This document shows, piece by piece, positions 58,518 through 64,000 of a stretch of 64,000 nt of DNA. Positions within the stretch are counted from its first letter, which is position 1; each line of letters opens with the position of its first letter. The position numbers and the translations under genes are program-made. The stretch lies in NCBI GenBank assembly GCA_040830765.1, contig JBFOMH010000028.1, positions 1-64,000 on the forward strand. The letters run 5' to 3'. Source of the stretch: Puniceicoccaceae bacterium. Its GTDB lineage: Bacteria; Verrucomicrobiota; Verrucomicrobiia; Opitutales; Oceanipulchritudinaceae. The notes under the pieces are model-generated. The model saw only the letters and a list, made by a program, of their open reading frames with translations. It had not been told where the DNA came from and searched no databases.

Positions 58518-59729
58518 ATGAGCAGCAAAGAGACATTGGGAAAGGGGGACTGGCGTGCGGCGGTGGAATTACTGGTTCGCTGGGAAAAAGGGGAGGGCCA
58601 TCTGGATGACCTGCTGGAAACTTTCGAACCCGGCCGCCTGCGTTGGCTGGTGATGGAGGTATTCCGCCGCTGGCTGGTTATCGAGTCGCTGCTCGAGGGG
58701 CGGATGCGGCGTGAGCCTCGACCCAAGGTCCGGCAGTTGCTCCGGTTGGCGATTGGTGAATGCCTGGTCCATCGCGGGGAAACGGCCAAGGTGGTTCATA
58801 ACGCCGGTGAGGTGGGCCGCATCCTCGGGCTGAGTTCAGCCGAGCGGGGCTTTATCAATGCTGTCCTGCGGGCCTGTTTGCGGGCAGGGTTGCCGGAGGA
58901 ATCCGATTTGGAGGCGACCCATCCGGAATGGATGGTCAAGCGCTGGCGGGATCGTTTCGGGCAGGAAGCGACCGGGCGCCTTCTGGCCTGGAACCAGGAA
59001 GCAGGTGCTGTCTACGTCCACTCAACCAGTTGTCCGGCTTATGCTGAGGAGACCGAATGGGAAAAGTATTTCAGGGTCCGGCCTGGCAGCTTCCGTGAAG
59101 CCTTGCCGGATCTGGCTCAGGGCAAGGTCTATGTCCAGGATCCCTTTGCCCGCATTCCCGTAGAGCTGTTGGCTCCCCAGCCGGGTGAGAACATTCTGGA
59201 CCTCTGTGCGGCCCCCGGAGGCAAGACACGGCTTATCGCCGGGGCCATGAAGGGAGAGGGCAGGATAACCGCGGTGGACCGTCCGGGTCCGCGCCTGGAG
59301 CGGCTGCGGGAAAATATTTCCCAGATCCCGGGTGCTACGGTCGCGGTGCATGCGGGGTCGGTGGAGACCCTTAACCTTCCGCCAGAAGCCGGTCCGGTAG
59401 ACGCGGTCCTGATCGATGTACCGTGCAGCAACACGGGAGTCATGCAAAAGCGTCCCGATGTGAAGTTGCGACTCAGTGTTGGGGAAATCGATACCCAGGC
59501 GGAAAGCCAGCTCCAGCTGCTCGCCCACGCGGCTGACCTGGTGCGTCCCGGGGGTCGGCTGGTCTACAGTACCTGCAGCCTGGAGGCCGAGGAAAATGAA
59601 AATCTTCTTCACTCCTTTATTGAATCGACCAGCGGGTGGCGCTTGGAGAAATCGATTTTGAGCCGGCCGTGGGAGTGCCGGCATGATGGAGGTGGGGCTT
59701 TCTTGTTGACGAGAGTGAAGAGCCGGTGA
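58518..59729 (+). CDS. rsmB: RsmB/NOP2-family RNA m5C methyltransferase
   Basis: NusB-like N-terminus, YVQD, LDLCAAPGGKT, DVPCS and YSTCS. Confidence 0.9.
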   Translation: MSSKETLGKGDWRAAVELLVRWEKGEGHLDDLLETFEPGRLRWLVMEVFRRWLVIESLLEGRMRREPRPKVRQLLRLAIGECLVHRGETAKVVHNAGEVGRILGLSSAERGFINAVLRACLRAGLPEESDLEATHPEWMVKRWRDRFGQEATGRLLAWNQEAGAVYVHSTSCPAYAEETEWEKYFRVRPGSFREALPDLAQGKVYVQDPFARIPVELLAPQPGENILDLCAAPGGKTRLIAGAMKGEGRITAVDRPGPRLERLRENISQIPGATVAVHAGSVETLNLPPEAGPVDAVLIDVPCSNTGVMQKRPDVKLRLSVGEIDTQAESQLQLLAHAADLVRPGGRLVYSTCSLEAEENENLLHSFIESTSGWRLEKSILSRPWECRHDGGGAFLLTRVKSR

Positions 59730-59748
59730 AAAAACATAGGTGTTTCCT

Positions 59749-61068
59749 ATGAAGGATCCCAAAGCGCTTTTCCCGTTTCTCTTTGCCTCAAGCTGGCTGG
59801 GAAACTTGTTGCTCACGATATTGGCGTTCTACCTCGCCTTCTCCCATGAGGGTCCTCTGACGCCATTGGTTTTCCTGACCGTTGCCTTGTGCATTCTGTC
59901 GGGAAACGCCCTGCCCATCGGGGTCTATATGATTCTGGTGCGCTGGCGGGCGGATGAACTGAAGGCAGAGTCGGCAGAAGCCACTCTGCGGGTGCGGGAT
60001 GCGCTGGTCCGCTCCGAAGAGGTCATGGCCCGGCTCGATGAAGCCGAAGGGGCCTTGTCCAAGAGCACCCTCGTTGCCCGTCAGGTCCCAGAGCGCATCA
60101 AGGCCAGCTTTGAACAGGTGGATCAGCTGGCGGAAAAGCTGGAGACCCTCGAGCTCAACTCGTTCACAGAGGCGCTGGTCCGGCAGGAACAGGCAGTCAA
60201 GGAACTGAGCGAGCCATTGGAAGCCATCAAGACGGATGTGGGCTCGGTAACCACTGCCGCCACTTCCCTGAAAAAGGACATCAAGGGGGTCCCCGCGGCG
60301 CTGGAGAAGATCATGGCCGAAGTGGCCTCAAGGACCAGCGAGGGAGGCGAGTCTGAGATCGATGTCTCAGCCATGGAGCGACTCGACTTGGTTTTTGAAA
60401 CCCTCGAAGGGATCCAGGATTCCCTTGATGGTCTCCTGCAACGCATGGCCGAACTGAGGTCCATCGCCCCGGAGCCGGAAGCAAAACCAAAACAACCGGA
60501 ACCGGAGGATATAGAGGAAGAGGGGCCTGCAGAGACGGAGGAAGAACCAGAACAACCGGAGCCGGTAGAGGAAGCCCCGGAACCAGAGCCGGAGGAAGAG
60601 GAGGAGCTGGAAGAAGCAGAGGAAACGGCACCGGAGGAGGAACTGGACCAGCCAGATCCGGAACCCGAACCACAACCGGAGAAGAAGCCCACGAAAAAGG
60701 CGGCCCGAAAGGCTTCCAAGACGAAAAAGCCACCGGAGAAACAGATGATGCTCTCGGATGAGGACGCCAGCGGTGAGGACAGTTTTGCCTCAGATGGGAG
60801 GACCCGTCTCTTTGCCCATGCGATGATTGGAATGGCGAACAAACTCTATATCCGGGGCGACGAGCCCTGGCTTTCCTGGGACGATGGCCAACAAATGGAG
60901 CTGATCGGTATCGGGGAGTTTTCCTGGTCCATCGAAGACCTCAAGGAACCGATGGAGGTCACCTTGTTCCTCAACGATGAACTCGCCGCGGAAGGCAAGC
61001 CAATCACCCTGGAACCGGGTCAGACGGTGCGGGTCAATCCGAAGTTCCCGCAGCAGGATCCGTTTTAA
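59749..61068 (+). CDS. Hypothetical membrane protein: 2 TM, coiled coil, Glu/Pro-rich linker, C-terminal beta domain
   Basis: N-terminal TMs; EPE-rich stretch; C-terminal IGMANKLYIRG..LSWDDG domain. Confidence 0.7.
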   Translation: MKDPKALFPFLFASSWLGNLLLTILAFYLAFSHEGPLTPLVFLTVALCILSGNALPIGVYMILVRWRADELKAESAEATLRVRDALVRSEEVMARLDEAEGALSKSTLVARQVPERIKASFEQVDQLAEKLETLELNSFTEALVRQEQAVKELSEPLEAIKTDVGSVTTAATSLKKDIKGVPAALEKIMAEVASRTSEGGESEIDVSAMERLDLVFETLEGIQDSLDGLLQRMAELRSIAPEPEAKPKQPEPEDIEEEGPAETEEEPEQPEPVEEAPEPEPEEEEELEEAEETAPEEELDQPDPEPEPQPEKKPTKKAARKASKTKKPPEKQMMLSDEDASGEDSFASDGRTRLFAHAMIGMANKLYIRGDEPWLSWDDGQQMELIGIGEFSWSIEDLKEPMEVTLFLNDELAAEGKPITLEPGQTVRVNPKFPQQDPF

Positions 61069-62327
61069 GATTCTTCCGGACCCATCCACTTGAAGCCGAC
61101 GAGGCAGATGTCATCCTCGAACTTGGGCTTGGTGGAGAAATTCTGGAGGTCGGAAAGAATGGCCTTCAATTGCAGGCTGACCGGCTGCCGGGCATATTCG
61201 GTGACGAATTCCGCCAAGCGGGTCTTTCCGTATTGCTCGTTGTCCGGGTTGCTGGTCTCGAAGATTCCGTCGCTGTAAAGCAGCACCACATCCCGGGGAT
61301 CCAGATCCTGCTCTACGGTCAGGTATTCCATCTCCTCAAAGAGGGCGAGGGCAGGCGCGCGATGGGGATCATGAATGCTGGCTGACAGGTGGCACTTGCT
61401 GGAATAGCGAATGGGTCTGGGGTGGCCGGCGCTGCAAAAGCGGACATGGCCGCTCGCTGTATCGACTATCAGGTACAGTGCGGTAATGAACATCACATCC
61501 TTGGAGTTCTGGAAGATCGGGCAGATGCGCTGGTTGAGGTGGGTCATGAACTCTCCGGGATCGCTCTCGATGGGGGAGAGTTCCTCAATCAGGGAGCGGA
61601 CGATGGCCGTGCCCAATGCGGCGCGAACGCCATGACCCATGACATCACAGAGGAAGACGCCAGCCTCGGTGGGCGAGATGCGCTTGATGGAACAGAGGTC
61701 ACCCCCGACATATCCGCACGGTTCCGCATAGTGGGCAAATTCGATGTGGCTTTCCCCGTCGGCAGCGTTCTCTGGGAAGTCCGGATAGCTCTTCGGGAAA
61801 AAGGCTTTCTGCAATTCCCCGGCAACCCGCACATCCTCTTCCATTTCCTCCTGCAGGCGCTGGTTTTCAGAAGCATATTCGGCGGCCCGGAACTCGGCTT
61901 CCTTCTTGTCCGTGATATCACGGGAAATGCCAAAGGTTCCGATCACATTGCCATCCGGATCGCGCATGGGGACCTTTGTCGTGGAGACCCAGGTGACACT
62001 TCCGTCCGGCCAGGTTTCCTTTTCCTCGAGTCCGACGAGCGGTTCCCCGGTGGCGATGATATTCTCTTCATCCTCGAGGGCCTGCTGGGCGTGGTCCTCG
62101 GTGAAGACGTCGGCATCGGACTTGCCGATTGTGTCCTCCATGTCCTTGAAGCCGTGCTTGTGCATGCAACTGTCGTTGACCAGCAGGAAGCGTGACTTGC
62201 GGTCCTTGAAGTAGATCGAGTCGTTGATGTTCTCGAGGATGTTTTGCAGGTAGACTTTTGCCTCCTGCGGACTGAGGGACCATGTATGCTTTTTCAGCTT
62301 GGCCAGTCTTTTCAGGGGATTCTTCAT
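61065..62327 (-). CDS. PAS/PAC + SpoIIE (PP2C, RsbU-like) phosphatase
   Basis: IYFKD..RF, WVSTTKVP..D..G.VIGTFGISRDIT, VGGD, DVMGHG, SAGHP, YSDG and DDI. Confidence 0.92.
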   Translation of the reverse strand: MKNPLKRLAKLKKHTWSLSPQEAKVYLQNILENINDSIYFKDRKSRFLLVNDSCMHKHGFKDMEDTIGKSDADVFTEDHAQQALEDEENIIATGEPLVGLEEKETWPDGSVTWVSTTKVPMRDPDGNVIGTFGISRDITDKKEAEFRAAEYASENQRLQEEMEEDVRVAGELQKAFFPKSYPDFPENAADGESHIEFAHYAEPCGYVGGDLCSIKRISPTEAGVFLCDVMGHGVRAALGTAIVRSLIEELSPIESDPGEFMTHLNQRICPIFQNSKDVMFITALYLIVDTASGHVRFCSAGHPRPIRYSSKCHLSASIHDPHRAPALALFEEMEYLTVEQDLDPRDVVLLYSDGIFETSNPDNEQYGKTRLAEFVTEYARQPVSLQLKAILSDLQNFSTKPKFEDDICLVGFKWMGPEES

Positions 62328-62387
62328 CTGGAAGAGGAAAACTTATGACATTCCCGAAAATTCGCCAATATAAATATAGATTGGCTG

Positions 62388-62482
62388 CGTCGCGCCCCGC
62401 TTCACTTCGTTTCGCGGGGTATGCTTCGTTCTAGTCTCACTTCTGCATGGCTGTGCCATGCGAAGTTCGAAGAACGAAGCAT
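62388..62482. repeat. Structured REP-like element at the 3' end of tRNA-Met (copy 2)
   Basis: Core 62421-62482 is homologous to 24648-24709; an extra CCCCGC...GCGGGG hairpin is adjacent. Confidence 0.8.
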
Positions 62483-62558
62483 GGTAGCAGGGGCCGGAAT
62501 TGAACCGGCGACCTCAGGCTTATGAGTCCCACGCTCTAACCAACTGAGCTACCCTGCC
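62482..62558 (-). tRNA. tRNA-Met (CAT), probably elongator
   Basis: GGCAGGG/CCCTGCT acceptor, CTCATAA loop, GGTTCAATTCC, CCA. Lacks the C1 mismatch of initiator tRNAs; Ile2 not strictly excluded. Confidence 0.88.
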
Positions 62559-62614
62559 ACGTTAAGAGGAAGTTATCATAGGGCCCTTGTCGGCAAGTCA
62601 AGCCGCAATGGGTG

Positions 62615-62647
62615 AAAAAAACGGCCCCGCCGTGGAGGCGGAGCCGT
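62615..62647 (-). terminator. Rho-independent terminator of glnII
   Basis: Minus strand ACGGCTCCGCC-TCCAC-GGCGGGGCCGT followed by a T-tract. Confidence 0.8.
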
Positions 62648-62682
62648 GAAAAGGAACGTTAGTGATGAAATGGACAGGTTCC

Positions 62683-63693
62683 CTAGTTGGTCGGGACTTC
62701 CTCGATTGTCTTGAGGACACGACCGACAATCTTGTAGGGATCGCCCTGGGAATTCGGACGACGATCTTCCAGGTAACCCTTGTAGTCATTCTTGATGAAG
62801 CTATGGGGGACCCGGACGGAAGCGCCGCGGTCAGCAACACCCCAGGAGAATTTGTCGATGGACTGGGTCTCGTGGAGGCCGGTGAGGCGCAGATGGTTGT
62901 CCGGACCGTAGGCGGCGATGTGCTCGTCACGGTTCTTCTCGAAAGCATCCATGAGGGCCAGGAAGTAGTCCTTGCCGCCAACTTCACGCATGTGCTTGGT
63001 GGAGAAGTTGCAGTGCATTCCGGAACCATTCCAGTCACCGCTCAGCGGCTTGCAATGGTACTCAATCTGCACCCCGTACTTTTCGGTCAGGCGCTGGAGG
63101 AAGTAACGGGCAACCCAGATGTCGTCAGCGGCGCTCTTGGAGCCCTTGGCGAAGACCTGGAATTCCCACTGGCCCTTGGCCACTTCGGCGTTGATGCCTT
63201 CGTGGTTGATGCCGGCCTCGAGGCAGAGCTCAAGGTGCTCGTCGGCAATGGAGCGGGCGATGTCACCCACGTTTTCGTAGCCAACGCCGGTGTAGTACTT
63301 GCCCTGGGGACCCGGATAACCAAATTCCGGGAAACCGAGCGGGCGGCCTTCCTGCATCATGAAATATTCTTGTTCCAGACCAATCCAGGTGTCCGGATCG
63401 TCAAGGACCTTGGCCCGGAAATTGGACGGGTGGGGGTCACCGCTCGGGAGGTAAACCTCACAGAGGACGATGAACGCGTTATTGCGGCCGGCGTCCGGAT
63501 AGAGCCGGACGGGCTTCAGGATACAATCCGAATCGCTACCTTCGGCCTGTTCGGTTGAACTGCCGTCAAAACCCCACTCAGGACAGTCGTCGACCGTCTT
63601 CGGAGCTTCGCTTACGATTTTGGTTTTCCCACGAAGATTCGGCTCCGGCACGTAGCCGTCGAGCCATACATACTCAAGCTTGTATTTCGCCAT
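62683..63693 (-). CDS. glnII: Glutamine synthetase type II
   Basis: 336 aa; LEYVWLDG, WGFDGSST.QA, INAEVAKGQWEFQ, DWNGSGMHCNFS, RLTGLHET and GYLEDRRP. Confidence 0.93.
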   Translation of the reverse strand: MAKYKLEYVWLDGYVPEPNLRGKTKIVSEAPKTVDDCPEWGFDGSSTEQAEGSDSDCILKPVRLYPDAGRNNAFIVLCEVYLPSGDPHPSNFRAKVLDDPDTWIGLEQEYFMMQEGRPLGFPEFGYPGPQGKYYTGVGYENVGDIARSIADEHLELCLEAGINHEGINAEVAKGQWEFQVFAKGSKSAADDIWVARYFLQRLTEKYGVQIEYHCKPLSGDWNGSGMHCNFSTKHMREVGGKDYFLALMDAFEKNRDEHIAAYGPDNHLRLTGLHETQSIDKFSWGVADRGASVRVPHSFIKNDYKGYLEDRRPNSQGDPYKIVGRVLKTIEEVPTN

Positions 63694-63773
63694 AATTTCG
63701 ATTTATTTCAGGTGTCAGTTGATTAGGAGGGACCGGCCGGCGTGGCCAATCCGTTCCCGTGCGCAGGATCAAC

Positions 63774-63790
63774 TGCACGTTTTGGGCCAA
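63774..63790 (-). promoter_or_regulatory. Putative sigma-54 (-24/-12) promoter for glnII
   Basis: Minus strand TTGGCCCAAAACGTGCA has GG-N10-GC, 80 nt upstream of the glnII start. Confidence 0.6.
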
Positions 63791-63847
63791 AATTTCAAGC
63801 AACATAAAAATTTTTCCGAATTCTCACCGCCTCGTGGAAATTGACCG

Positions 63848-64000
63848 ATGCCAGAAGTAAAAGACTCCAAGCAAGCGACCGTGCATGTCGGGTATGATGG
63901 ACGGGTACACAAGACTTTCCGTGGTCCATTGGCCCAACGACGCTTCCAGAACGAATTGCGGGTCCTGAAGTACCTTGAGCAGCAGAATTGTCCCTTTGTC
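63848..64000 (+). CDS. 5' part of a small kinase-like PVC protein (runs off window)
   Basis: Manual translation MPEVKDSKQATVHVGYDGRVHKTFRGPLAQRRFQNELRVLKYLEQQNCPFV; open to the window end. Confidence 0.55.
   Translation, partial: MPEVKDSKQATVHVGYDGRVHKTFRGPLAQRRFQNELRVLKYLEQQNCPFV

Overview
This is a bacterial window, most likely Verrucomicrobiota (Opitutales-like). That call is inferred from the PEP-CTERM proteins, the rpsF-ssb-rplI gene order, a long Chlamydia-type GreA, a type II glutamine synthetase and PVC-type C-terminal domains. Bases 1-2400 are a lower-GC island edge holding a CBM9-like protein end, a GH130, a decayed IS3 and a decayed integrase, and they abut the 5' side of tRNA-Arg(TCT). 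From about 2.6 to 16 kb lie accessory secreted, surface and sugar-catabolic genes, including an orphan tetraheme cytochrome c. The 16-43.6 kb and 49.4-64 kb stretches are mostly housekeeping: msbA/lpxL/plsC, serS-tilS-ftsH, rplY-pth-rpsF-ssb-rplI-dnaB-bamA-skp-lpxD-prs-degP, prlC, ndk, ispDF/ispE/ptsI, greA, rsmB, glnII, tRNA-Thr and tRNA-Met. The best candidate for an undescribed system is at 43.6-49.4 kb. It has a 61-aa signal-peptide-bearing peptide gene and a compact stand-alone YcaO enzyme, divergent from a beta-propeller/Y_Y_Y hybrid sensor kinase that faces a NarL/LuxR regulator. The sensor region carries a sharp low-GC patch. This layout suggests a YcaO-modified peptide signalling (quorum-sensing-like) module, which remains an inference. 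Also notable is a covarying 62-nt structured element attached to the 3' ends of two different tRNA genes. All assignments are by eye from motifs; no database searches were run.
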